From an uncultured Pelagibacteraceae bacterium (GTDB taxonomy: Bacteria > Pseudomonadota > Alphaproteobacteria > Pelagibacterales > Pelagibacteraceae), in contig CABYNS010000001.1 in assembly GCA_902520335.1 (NCBI GenBank), positions 95,604 to 159,603 on the forward strand: a stretch of DNA of 64,000 nt, in the 5' to 3' direction. The position numbers and the translations under genes were made by a program. Positions 47,903-57,727 of this stretch are shown here, piece by piece. The notes beneath the pieces were generated by a model that was not told the origin of the DNA, searched no databases, and was given only the letters and a program-made list of their open reading frames with translations. Each line of letters begins with the position of its first letter. Within the stretch, counting starts at the first letter, position 1.

Positions 47903-49167
47903 TGTCAAAGAAAGATATAAAAGTTCCAAATATTGGAGAGTTTAAAGATGTGGAAGTAATCGAAGTTTTAATTAAAAAAGGTCAAAAAGTAAAAAAGAAT
48001 GATCCACTAATAACTATTGAAAGTGACAAATCAAGTGTGGAAATACCATCATCTGATGATGGAACTATAATTTCTTTGAATGTTAAAATTGGAGACAAGG
48101 TATCGGAAGGTGATAAAATTATAGAAATTGAAAGTGAGGAAGAAATAACAGAAATAAGTACTCAAGAATTACCAAAAAGTCAATCTCCTAAAGAGATAAA
48201 AAAAGATGATTTAAAAAAAGCCAATGAGTCTGAAAACATAATAGTTAAAGATTTTTCTTCAAAAGCTTCTGCTTCACCAAAAGTTAGAAAATTTGCGAGA
48301 GAACTTGGAGTTAATATCAACAAAGTCCCTGGTAGTGAAAGACAAGGTAGAGTTACCGAAAGTGATGTGAAGTTATTTGTTGCAACTAAATCTGATAAAA
48401 GTTCCAAGGATCAAAATACAACCGAACAAAAAATTGAACTAGAGTATTCTCATTCAGATTTTGGAGAAGTGGATATTAAAGACATCCCTAGAGTAAAAAA
48501 GTTGTCATCTAAATATTTAATGAATTCTTGGACAAAAATTCCCCATGTAACCAATCATGATGAAGCTGATATAACTGAATTAGAGGAATTTAGAACCTCT
48601 CTTACGGACGTATATACAGGTGAGAAAAAAAAAATTACTCCATTAGCTTTCATCGTAAAAGCATTAACAACATCATTAAAAAAATTTCCAAATTTTAATA
48701 CCTCAATCGATAAAATTGAAAACGGTAAAATGACTGTTAAAAGGTATTATCATGTCGGCATAGCAGTGGATACTCCACATGGTTTGATGGTTCCAAAATT
48801 AAGAAATGCAGATAATAAGAATATTTCTTTAATAAGCACAGAATTGAAAAAAATAAGTCAACAATGTAGAGATCTTAAAATTGAAAAAAAGGAGTTATTC
48901 GGAGGCTCTATGACGATAACTAGCCTAGGGGGAATTGGGGGATCTTTTTTTACTCCAATTATAAATTATCCTGAGGTTGCTATTTTAGGAGTAGGTAGAG
49001 CAGAAAAAAAACAGGTATTTATAGATGGAAAATTTGTTACTCGCACAATGTTACCACTTTCCCTGTCTTATGATCATAGAATTATTGATGGTGCGGAAGC
49101 AGCTCGATTTAATAATGATTTAAAAGAAAATCTTGGTAAAAATTTTGCTTATAAGTTAGCTGTTTAA
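47902..49167 (+). CDS. aceF: dihydrolipoamide acetyltransferase E2 (single lipoyl domain)
   Basis: Lipoyl domain (TIESDKSSVEIPS), E3-binding domain (SPKVRKFARELGV), catalytic DHRIIDGA. TAATG overlap with aceE. Confidence 0.93.
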   Translation: MSKKDIKVPNIGEFKDVEVIEVLIKKGQKVKKNDPLITIESDKSSVEIPSSDDGTIISLNVKIGDKVSEGDKIIEIESEEEITEISTQELPKSQSPKEIKKDDLKKANESENIIVKDFSSKASASPKVRKFARELGVNINKVPGSERQGRVTESDVKLFVATKSDKSSKDQNTTEQKIELEYSHSDFGEVDIKDIPRVKKLSSKYLMNSWTKIPHVTNHDEADITELEEFRTSLTDVYTGEKKKITPLAFIVKALTTSLKKFPNFNTSIDKIENGKMTVKRYYHVGIAVDTPHGLMVPKLRNADNKNISLISTELKKISQQCRDLKIEKKELFGGSMTITSLGGIGGSFFTPIINYPEVAILGVGRAEKKQVFIDGKFVTRTMLPLSLSYDHRIIDGAEAARFNNDLKENLGKNFAYKLAV

Positions 49168-49175
49168 TAAAGATT

Positions 49176-50072
49176 ATGTCTAAAAGTGTTTCATTGTTAA
49201 GTGCTTTGTTGTGCACGTTTATTTGGGGAACCACATTTATTGCTCAAGACACTGGTATGGATGATATAGGTCCGTTTACATTTAATGCTGTTAGATTTTT
49301 TGTAGGTTTTTTGGCAATTCTTCCTTTAGCATTATTATTTGAGACTAAGAAATTTAAATTAGAGTTTAAAATTGGCTTTAGAAATTTTGCTATTCTATCT
49401 TTTTTAATTGGATTATCATTATTTTTAGGCTCGGCATTGCAACAAGTAGCTTTGCTTTATACAGATGTAGCTAACGCTGCATTCTTTACGATTTTTTATG
49501 TTCCGATGGTACCAATTATTATTTTTATATTTAAGAGAGACTCATTACATTGGAGTGTATGGCCCTCAGTTATTTTATGTTTAATTGGTGGATATCTTTT
49601 AACCAATTTTTATGATGCTACAGTAAGACTTGGAGACACATTGGTCATTTTTGGAGCATTATTCTGGAGTACTCATATCATATTTACCGGAATGATTGTT
49701 AAAACATATAACTTACCCCTAACATTAGGTGCAATCCAAACTTTATTGGTGGCTTTATTTTCTTTTATCATTGGTTTGATTTATGAAGAATTTGTAATTG
49801 AAAATATTTTCAAAGAGATAGACTCTATTCTTTATGCTGGAATTTTATCAGGTGGTTTTGCTTTCGTTCTACAAATTTATGCTCAAAAAAATATAACACC
49901 TGCACCAGCAGCTATAATTTTTTCATTAGAAGGTGTATTTGCAACTATTGCAGCATGGTTTTTATTAAGTCAAATTTTAGATTTTAATAATATATTAGGG
50001 TGTTTGTTTATATTATGTGGTGTTTTAATTTCTCAATTATTACCCTTGATGAGGAAAATAAATTATCAATAA
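49176..50072 (+). CDS. EamA/DMT-family transporter
   Basis: 10-TM protein with two EamA-like halves. Confidence 0.8.
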   Translation: MSKSVSLLSALLCTFIWGTTFIAQDTGMDDIGPFTFNAVRFFVGFLAILPLALLFETKKFKLEFKIGFRNFAILSFLIGLSLFLGSALQQVALLYTDVANAAFFTIFYVPMVPIIIFIFKRDSLHWSVWPSVILCLIGGYLLTNFYDATVRLGDTLVIFGALFWSTHIIFTGMIVKTYNLPLTLGAIQTLLVALFSFIIGLIYEEFVIENIFKEIDSILYAGILSGGFAFVLQIYAQKNITPAPAAIIFSLEGVFATIAAWFLLSQILDFNNILGCLFILCGVLISQLLPLMRKINYQ

Positions 50073-50819
50073 TAAAATTAAAGCAATCAAAATTCTATAA
50101 ATTACGAATACAGTTAGAGAAAAATTTTTAACGAATTTTATAAAATATTTTACTGTGATAAATGAGAAGATAAAAGAAAGGGAAATCGCAATTAATAGTA
50201 AATAATTGAATTCAATAGATTGTTGTACCGCATCTTTAAGACCTAAAAAACTTGCTCCAGCTAACGCAGGTATAGATAATAAAAAAGCAATTTTACTTGA
50301 ATCAACTCTATTAAATTTTAGAAATCGAGCTGCTGTTAAAGTTATTCCTGCTCTACTCACACCAGGTATGAGTGCTAAAATTTGAAATAGACCTATGAAT
50401 AATATTGTTTTTATATTTAAGTTCGTTGATATATTTTGATCAGTATCTCTTTTATCTGATAAAAATAGGAATAAACCAAATAATAGAGTTGTCCATGCAA
50501 TAATTTCTATATTTCTTAAAAGAATAATTATTTCGGTAGAATATATTATATACCCAAAAATTATAAGAGGTATTGAGCCAAATAAAATCAAAACCAATAA
50601 TTTTTGATTGTTTCTTAAATTTAGTAAATCTTTTTTAAAGTAATAAATTATTGCAAATAAAGAACCTAAATGCAGTCCTATATCAATAAATAAAGAGCTT
50701 GAGTTAAAATCATAAAAATTTGATATTAAGATTAGATGGGCTGAAGAGCTAATAGGTAAAAATTCAGAAATTCCCTGAACCGCAGAAAGAATTAGGATTT
50801 CTATAAAATCTTGAAGCAT
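50040..50819 (-). CDS. uppP: undecaprenyl-diphosphatase
   Basis: GISEFLPISSSAHL, PGVSRAG motifs. Confidence 0.9.
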   Translation of the reverse strand: MLQDFIEILILSAVQGISEFLPISSSAHLILISNFYDFNSSSLFIDIGLHLGSLFAIIYYFKKDLLNLRNNQKLLVLILFGSIPLIIFGYIIYSTEIIILLRNIEIIAWTTLLFGLFLFLSDKRDTDQNISTNLNIKTILFIGLFQILALIPGVSRAGITLTAARFLKFNRVDSSKIAFLLSIPALAGASFLGLKDAVQQSIEFNYLLLIAISLSFIFSFITVKYFIKFVKNFSLTVFVIYRILIALILLLIIYFPHQG

Positions 50820-50924
50820 TAGATGTCGTAACTTAAAAAATATTCATTTTAAACAATTCGATTTAATCATAATAGGTATGCAAAAAATAAATTTCTTATA
50901 GTTTATGCTAAATAAAAGCAATTA

Positions 50925-50945
50925 TAGGTCATACTTATTGACCTA
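50925..50945. promoter_or_regulatory. perfect 7-bp inverted repeat TAGGTCA-N7-TGACCTA in the uppP/gltD divergent spacer
   Basis: Read directly from the sequence. It contains G and C within very AT-rich DNA, about 57 nt upstream of the gltD ATG. Confidence 0.3.
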
Positions 50946-51001
50946 AATAATACTTTTAATAGAAAAAACAATGTATAATTTGCTTAAAATTGAAAGATTA
51001 T

Positions 51002-52441
51002 ATGACTGATAAAATGTTAAAATTTGTGAAAATAGGTCAACAAACTCCACCTAAAAGAAAGATTGGCTCTAGAAAAGAGGATTTTAATGAGATCTATGAC
51101 GAGTTTGTTACCAAAAAAGCTGAAGAACAGTCAAGTAGATGTTCTCAATGTGGAGTTCCATTTTGTCAAGTACATTGCCCTTTAAGCAATAATATTCCAG
51201 ATTGGTTAAAACTAACAGCTGAAGGAAGATTAAAAGAGGCCTACGAATTATCTCAAAGTACTAACAATATGCCAGAAGTATGTGGAAGGATTTGTCCTCA
51301 AGACAGATTGTGTGAGGGTAACTGCGTTATTGAGCAATCAGGACATGGAACAGTTACTATTGGTTCAGTTGAGAAATATATTAATGATAAAGCGTGGGAA
51401 CAAGGCTGGGTTAAACCAATTTCTTTAAAACATGAAAAAGACCAAAGTGTTGGAATAATTGGTGCCGGTCCCGCAGGATTAGCAGCTGCTGAGCAGCTAA
51501 GGAAAAATGGATATAGAATTACTGTTTATGATCGATATGATCGCGCAGGTGGATTATTGATTTATGGAATCCCAAATTTCAAACTTGAAAAACACGTAGT
51601 TGAGCGAAGAACAAATTTGTTAAAGGATGGTGGAATAAAATTTATCCAAAATTTTGAAGTTGGTAAAGATGCAACTCTAGAACAGTTACGAAAAAAACAT
51701 GACGCAATTTTAATAGCGACAGGTGTATATAAACCAAGAGAAGTCGAATTACCTGGTAATGATTTAGGTAATATTTTTCCTGCAATGGAGTTTTTGACAG
51801 CTTCAAATAAAAAAGGGCTAGGAGATAAAGTAGAGTTATTTGATAAAGGAATTTTAAATGCTGAGGGAAAAGATGTTGTAGTAATAGGTGGTGGTGACAC
51901 GGCAATGGATTGTGTAAGAACTTCAGTAAGACAAAAAGCAAAGTCGGTAAAATGTTTATATAGAAGAGATAAAGAAAATATGCCTGGATCTGCTAGAGAA
52001 GTTGCAAATGCTGAGGAAGAGGGTGTAGAATTTGTTTGGCTTTCTAGTCCAAAAGAATTTAAGGGAAAAAATAAAATCGAAAATTTAGCTGTTAATCAAA
52101 TTGAATTAGGTGAACCAGATGAATCAGGAAGACGAAAACCAGAAATTAAAGAAGGTTCAGAATTTATGGTGAAAGCCGATATGGTAATCAAAGCTCTTGG
52201 ATTTGATCCAGAAAATTTACCATTATTATTTGATGCACAAGAGTTACAAGTAACAAAATGGGGAACAATTAAAGCTGATTTCAATACGATGGAAACAAAT
52301 CTAAAAGGTGTTTTTGCTGCAGGAGATATTGTAAGAGGAGCGTCGTTAGTAGTATGGGCAATCAAAGATGGGAGAGATGCAGCTTCTTCTATGAAAACAT
52401 ATTTAGAGAATATGCAACTAAAAAAAACAAAAGTAGCATAA
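51002..52441 (+). CDS. gltD: glutamate synthase (NADPH) small subunit
   Basis: RCSQCGVPFCQ..CP Fe-S region, GAGPAGLAAA and GGGDTAMDC dinucleotide folds. Alternative TTG start at 50990. Confidence 0.93.
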   Translation: MTDKMLKFVKIGQQTPPKRKIGSRKEDFNEIYDEFVTKKAEEQSSRCSQCGVPFCQVHCPLSNNIPDWLKLTAEGRLKEAYELSQSTNNMPEVCGRICPQDRLCEGNCVIEQSGHGTVTIGSVEKYINDKAWEQGWVKPISLKHEKDQSVGIIGAGPAGLAAAEQLRKNGYRITVYDRYDRAGGLLIYGIPNFKLEKHVVERRTNLLKDGGIKFIQNFEVGKDATLEQLRKKHDAILIATGVYKPREVELPGNDLGNIFPAMEFLTASNKKGLGDKVELFDKGILNAEGKDVVVIGGGDTAMDCVRTSVRQKAKSVKCLYRRDKENMPGSAREVANAEEEGVEFVWLSSPKEFKGKNKIENLAVNQIELGEPDESGRRKPEIKEGSEFMVKADMVIKALGFDPENLPLLFDAQELQVTKWGTIKADFNTMETNLKGVFAAGDIVRGASLVVWAIKDGRDAASSMKTYLENMQLKKTKVA

Positions 52442-55400
52442 TGGAAAATTATAAAAAAAATTTAGAGTTACTCACAAAAAATCATGTTTATTCAAAAGAG
52501 ATGGAACACGATGCTTGTGGAGTTGGTTTAATCGCATCTACAGAAGGAAAAAAATCTAGGGCTATAGTTGAGTATGGAATTGAAGCTTTAAAAGCAGTTT
52601 GGCACAGGGGTGCTGTTGATGCAGATGGTAAAACGGGTGATGGAGCTGGAATACATGTTGAAATTCCGAAAGACTTTTTTATAGAAAAAATACAAGTTAC
52701 CGGACACGATTATGATAATTCTGAAATCTGTGTAGGAATGATTTTTCTACCTAGAAATGACTATTCAGCGCAAGAGAGCTGCAAAACAATAGTTGAGAGT
52801 GAACTAACTAAAAATAATTTTAGTATATATGGTTGGCGACAAGTACCAGTAAATTCAAAAGTTTTAGGGGAAAAAGCTCTTCAAACCATGCCAGAAATCA
52901 TACAAGTTCTTTTTAAACCTAATGATCCAAATCTATTAGATAAAAACTTAGAGAGAAAAATTTATGAAATAAGAAAGAGAATAGAAAATAAAGCTTTTGA
53001 CGCCTCATTGAATAATTTTTATATTTGTTCAATTAGTTCAAAATCTATAATTTATAAAGGGCTATATTTAGCAGAGGCATTATCTGACTTTTATTTAGAT
53101 CTTAGAGACTCAAGATTTATTTCAAGATATGCAATTTTTCATCAAAGATTTTCAACAAACACCGCACCAAGCTGGAGCTTAGCTCAACCATTTAGGGCCA
53201 TAGCGCACAATGGTGAGATAAATACTTATAAAGGCAATAAAAACTGGATGAAAGTTCATGAACAAGAAATGAGTAGCCCACTTTTTGAAGATATAGAAAA
53301 TTTAAAACCAGTAATCCAAAAAGGTGTCTCTGACTCTGCAGCTTTAGATAATGTATTTGAATTATTGAATAAATCAGGCCAATCTGCTCCATTAGCTAAA
53401 TTAATGCTAGTACCGGATGCATGGTCAAAAAAAAATAAGACATTATCAAAAAATCATCAGCAATTATTTAATTTTTTAAATAGCACAATGGAACCATGGG
53501 ATGGACCTGCTGCTATTGCTGCTACAGACAATGAATGGGTTATAGCTGCAAATGATAGAAATGGTCTTAGGCCTTTGAGATATGCCATTACAAAAGATAA
53601 AATGATCTTCGCAGGCTCAGAGACAGGAATGATTGATTTAAATGAAAAAAAAATTTTAACCAAGGGAAGACTTGGTCCTGGTGAAATTATCGGGGTCAGA
53701 ATTGAAAAAGGTAAAGTTTTTTCTAATAGTCAAATAAAAGATTATTTGGCTAAAGAATTTAAACACTTTAATTCTCAAATAATTGATCTAGATGAAAAAT
53801 TATCAATCTCCAATGAAAAACATAATTTTGATGGCGAAAGTTTAAGGAGAAGACAATACACTTTCGGAATAAGTTTAGAAGATCTAGAACTTATCTTACA
53901 TCCAATGGCAGAAGATGCAAAAGAAGCAACAGGTTCCATGGGTGATGATACTCCTTTAGCAGTGTTATCTGATAAGTATAGACCACTTTACCATTTTTTT
54001 AGACAAAATTTTAGCCAGGTAACTAATCCGCCAATTGACTCTTTAAGAGAAAATAAAGTGATGAGTTTAAAAACTAGATTTGGAAATTTAGGTAATATTC
54101 TTGATTTTGATACTTTAACTAAAGAGAATATTTATGTTTTAAATAGCCCTATTCTATCAAATTCACAATTTAATAAGTTCACTAATTTTTTTGGTAAAAA
54201 TTCAGTAACTATTGATTGTTCATTTTCACAAGATGACAATTTAGAAAATTCTATTAAAAGGATCCAAAAAGAATCTGAAATTGCAGTAAGACAAGGTATT
54301 ACCCAACTGATTTTAAGTGACAAAAATCTCTCATCTGAAAGATTGCCAATGCCTATGTTATTATCGGTCGGAGCCATAAACGCATTTTTGATACAAAAAA
54401 AATTAAGAGGTTATGTCTCTATAAATGTTCAGTCTGGAGAGGCTATAGATACTCATTCGTTTGCAACATTAATTGGAGTTGGAGCAACTACAGTAAATCC
54501 ATATCTGGCTTTTGATAGTTTACATCAAAGATATGAAAAAAAACTTTTTGGCCAGTTAAGTTTTGATGAGTGTGTACAACGCTACATTAATTCAGTTAAT
54601 GCAGGTTTATTGAAAATAATGTCAAAAATGGGGATTTCAGTTTTAAGTTCTTACAGAGGTGGATGTAATTTTGAAACAGTAGGATTGAGTAGAACAGTTG
54701 TAAATGAATACTTTCCAGGAGTTACCTCGAAAATTTCAGGTATTGGTTTAGTTGGAATTGAAAAAAAAATAAGAGAAATTCATAAAGAAGCATTTGAAAG
54801 TACAGAAACTATATTGCCAATTGGAGGTATTTATAGATACAGGAAAAACGGAGAAACACATCAATATCAAGGAAAGCTAATTCATTTATTACAAAGTGCT
54901 GTAGGCTCAAATTCATATGAAGCATATAAGAAATATGCTGATGGTATATATAATTTACCACCAATAAATTTGAGGGATCTAGTTGATTTTAGAAAAAAAA
55001 AATTGGGTCCATCAATTAATTTGTCTGAAGTTGAACCAATAGAAAAAATATTAAAAAGATTTGGTAGTGGAAGCATGTCCCACGGTGCTTTATCTAAAGA
55101 AGCGCATGAAACACTTGCTATTGGAATGAATAGAATTAAAGGAGCTTCTTGTAGTGGTGAAGGTGGAGAAGATGCAGAAAGATTTAAAGTGATGGATAGT
55201 GGTGATAGTGCAAATTCTAGAGTTAAACAAATAGCATCTGCTAGATTTGGTGTGACTGTAAATTACTTGAATAATTGTAATGAAATAGAAATTAAAATGG
55301 CACAAGGTGCCAAACCAGGGGAAGGCGGTCAGTTACCTGGCTTTAAAGTAACAAAGGAAATTGCAAGACTACGACATTCCACACCAGGAGTAACACTAAT

Positions 55401-56946
55401 TTCTCCACCTCCACACCACGATATTTACTCGATAGAAGATTTGGCACAACTGATTTATGATTTGAAGCAAACAAATCCAAAAGCACGAGTTGGCGTTAAG
55501 TTGGTCGCATCATCAGGAATCGGAACCATCGCTGCAGGTGTAGCTAAAGCGAAAGCAGATATTATTTTAATTTCGGGTCATAATGGAGGAACAGGCGCAA
55601 CTCCTCAAACAAGTGTTAAATATGTTGGAATACCTTGGGAGATGGGTCTCACCGAGGCAAATCAGGTTTTAACATTAAACAATTTAAGACACAAAGTTAC
55701 ATTGAGAACTGATGGTGGTATTAAAACTGGAAGAGATGTTGTTATTGCTGCAATGATGGGGGCAGAAGAATATGGAGTTGCTACAACAGCTCTAGTGGCG
55801 ATGGGATGTATAATGGTAAGACAGTGCCATTCAAATACTTGTCCAGTAGGTGTTTGTACACAAGATGAAAAATTAAGAGAAAAATTTTCTGGTACTCCAG
55901 ACAAGGTTGTAAATTTATTTACTTTTATTGCATCTGAAGTAAGAGAAATTTTAGCTGAATTAGGTTTTAAATCATTAAATGATATTATTGGAAGAACTGA
56001 TTTATTAATGCAAGTTAATAAAGCTTCACCAAATTTAGATGACTTGGATTTAAATCCATTATTTGTTCAGGCAGACCCAGGAAATAATAAAAGATATTGT
56101 GATTCATTGGAGATTAACAAGGTACCCGAAACATTAGACCAGGAAATTTGGCCAGAAATAGAAAAATCTTTAGATAATTCAGAAAAAATTGAGAGAGAAT
56201 TTATTATAAAAAATACAAACAGGGCAGTTGGCACAAGAATTTCACATCATCTTTACAAAAAGTATGGTTACGAAAAACTTGATGAAAATTTCCTAACATT
56301 AAATTTCAAAGGCTCTGCGGGTCAGTCATTTGGTGCTTTTTCATCAAAAGGATTAAAATTAAATCTTAAAGGTGATGCAAATGATTATGTTGGCAAAGGA
56401 TTGTCAGGCGCTACAATCTCAATAAAACTTTCGGATGAAAGCAATTTAGTTTCTAATGAAAATACGATCATCGGAAATACAGTTTTGTATGGAGCTACGT
56501 CAGGCAAACTTTTTGCTGCAGGTCAAGCAGGCGATAGATTTGCTGTAAGAAATTCTGGTGCAACTACAGTTATTGAGGGTTGTGACTCAAACGGTTGTGA
56601 GTATATGACTGGAGGAACAGTGGTTATTTTGGGAAGTGTCGGAGATAATTTTGCAGCTGGCATGACTGGAGGTATGGCATTTATCTATGATAAATCGAAT
56701 GAGTTTGAAAAAAAAGTTAATCCAGACTCAGTTGTTTGGCAAAATGTTGAAACAGATTATTGGACAAGTTATTTAAAAGAATTAATTTTAGAACATTCAA
56801 AAGAGACAGGATCGTTGATATCAAAAGATATTTTTGAAAACTTTAAAGTTGAGATTAAAAATTTTGTTCAAGTTTGTCCAAAAGAGATGATTAATAAACT
56901 CAAAAATCCAATTACATTTAATTCTAAGATTAAAGAAGTTAGTTAA
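52441..56946 (+). CDS. gltB: glutamate synthase large subunit
   Basis: EHDACGVG amidotransferase N-terminus about 20 residues after ATG 52441, FMN/Fe-S central domains, and a C-terminal GXGXG beta-helix. The track ORF's upstream extension (52354) overlaps gltD. ATG 52441 gives a TAATG junction. Confidence 0.96.
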   Translation: MENYKKNLELLTKNHVYSKEMEHDACGVGLIASTEGKKSRAIVEYGIEALKAVWHRGAVDADGKTGDGAGIHVEIPKDFFIEKIQVTGHDYDNSEICVGMIFLPRNDYSAQESCKTIVESELTKNNFSIYGWRQVPVNSKVLGEKALQTMPEIIQVLFKPNDPNLLDKNLERKIYEIRKRIENKAFDASLNNFYICSISSKSIIYKGLYLAEALSDFYLDLRDSRFISRYAIFHQRFSTNTAPSWSLAQPFRAIAHNGEINTYKGNKNWMKVHEQEMSSPLFEDIENLKPVIQKGVSDSAALDNVFELLNKSGQSAPLAKLMLVPDAWSKKNKTLSKNHQQLFNFLNSTMEPWDGPAAIAATDNEWVIAANDRNGLRPLRYAITKDKMIFAGSETGMIDLNEKKILTKGRLGPGEIIGVRIEKGKVFSNSQIKDYLAKEFKHFNSQIIDLDEKLSISNEKHNFDGESLRRRQYTFGISLEDLELILHPMAEDAKEATGSMGDDTPLAVLSDKYRPLYHFFRQNFSQVTNPPIDSLRENKVMSLKTRFGNLGNILDFDTLTKENIYVLNSPILSNSQFNKFTNFFGKNSVTIDCSFSQDDNLENSIKRIQKESEIAVRQGITQLILSDKNLSSERLPMPMLLSVGAINAFLIQKKLRGYVSINVQSGEAIDTHSFATLIGVGATTVNPYLAFDSLHQRYEKKLFGQLSFDECVQRYINSVNAGLLKIMSKMGISVLSSYRGGCNFETVGLSRTVVNEYFPGVTSKISGIGLVGIEKKIREIHKEAFESTETILPIGGIYRYRKNGETHQYQGKLIHLLQSAVGSNSYEAYKKYADGIYNLPPINLRDLVDFRKKKLGPSINLSEVEPIEKILKRFGSGSMSHGALSKEAHETLAIGMNRIKGASCSGEGGEDAERFKVMDSGDSANSRVKQIASARFGVTVNYLNNCNEIEIKMAQGAKPGEGGQLPGFKVTKEIARLRHSTPGVTLISPPPHHDIYSIEDLAQLIYDLKQTNPKARVGVKLVASSGIGTIAAGVAKAKADIILISGHNGGTGATPQTSVKYVGIPWEMGLTEANQVLTLNNLRHKVTLRTDGGIKTGRDVVIAAMMGAEEYGVATTALVAMGCIMVRQCHSNTCPVGVCTQDEKLREKFSGTPDKVVNLFTFIASEVREILAELGFKSLNDIIGRTDLLMQVNKASPNLDDLDLNPLFVQADPGNNKRYCDSLEINKVPETLDQEIWPEIEKSLDNSEKIEREFIIKNTNRAVGTRISHHLYKKYGYEKLDENFLTLNFKGSAGQSFGAFSSKGLKLNLKGDANDYVGKGLSGATISIKLSDESNLVSNENTIIGNTVLYGATSGKLFAAGQAGDRFAVRNSGATTVIEGCDSNGCEYMTGGTVVILGSVGDNFAAGMTGGMAFIYDKSNEFEKKVNPDSVVWQNVETDYWTSYLKELILEHSKETGSLISKDIFENFKVEIKNFVQVCPKEMINKLKNPITFNSKIKEVS

Positions 56947-57685
56947 TTATAATTTTTAACTCTTTTTTTAATATGTCTAACCATTTAGGTGAAGATAAAC
57001 TGTGATCACCTTTTTTAATAATAACTAATTTTTTTTCTGAATTTACAAAAATTTTTAAAATTTTTTTTGAATAACTAACAGGGACAGACTCATCTTTTTG
57101 CCCATGAACCATAGTAATCTTTAATTTGTCGTAAATTTTTTTGTGAAATACTTTATTTTTCCGGCCATCTTTAATTAGTTGTATAGAGATTGGATATTCA
57201 TAACTTCCATGCTTTAAGTTGATAATCCCATTCTTTATTATTTCTTTTTTCATTTTTTTTGAAAATTTGTTCCACATTAAACCATCTAAAAATTGAGGTG
57301 CAGAACCAATTCCTAAAAAACCAATAATTTGTTTTTTAAAAAACTTAAATTGATTTAAAGCAATCCAAGAGCCCATACTTGAGCCAACTAATATGATTTT
57401 ATTTTTTTTGACAATTTTTTTAATTAATAAAGTCGTATCTTTAGTCCATTTTGAGATATTACCGTTAGTAAATTTACCAGATGATTTACCGTGACCAGAA
57501 TATTCTAGCGCAAGAAAACCAAGTTTATTTTTTTTTGCAAAATTTAAAAATGTTTTAGGTTTTTTTCCCTCTAAATCAGACATAAACCCATGTAAAAAAA
57601 CGATGTAAGTTGTATTTTTTTGGTAATTTTTTAAATATCTAATTTTTTTAGACTTATTTATTTTTAAGTAATTGAATTTACTCAT
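56939..57685 (-). CDS. alpha/beta-fold hydrolase
   Basis: FLHGFMSD, nucleophile elbow GSSMGSW, late GDH. Confidence 0.7.
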   Translation of the reverse strand: MSKFNYLKINKSKKIRYLKNYQKNTTYIVFLHGFMSDLEGKKPKTFLNFAKKNKLGFLALEYSGHGKSSGKFTNGNISKWTKDTTLLIKKIVKKNKIILVGSSMGSWIALNQFKFFKKQIIGFLGIGSAPQFLDGLMWNKFSKKMKKEIIKNGIINLKHGSYEYPISIQLIKDGRKNKVFHKKIYDKLKITMVHGQKDESVPVSYSKKILKIFVNSEKKLVIIKKGDHSLSSPKWLDILKKELKIIIN

Positions 57686-57727
57686 AAAAGTTTATTAGTT
57701 ATCTCTATTATTATATAATCTTAATGT

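Noticed and set aside
52354-52440. 29-codon upstream extension of gltB in the ORF track.
   Set aside because: It lies entirely inside the gltD 3' end. ATG 52441 forms a TAATG junction with the gltD stop and places the catalytic Cys (ACGVG) at the usual distance from the start.
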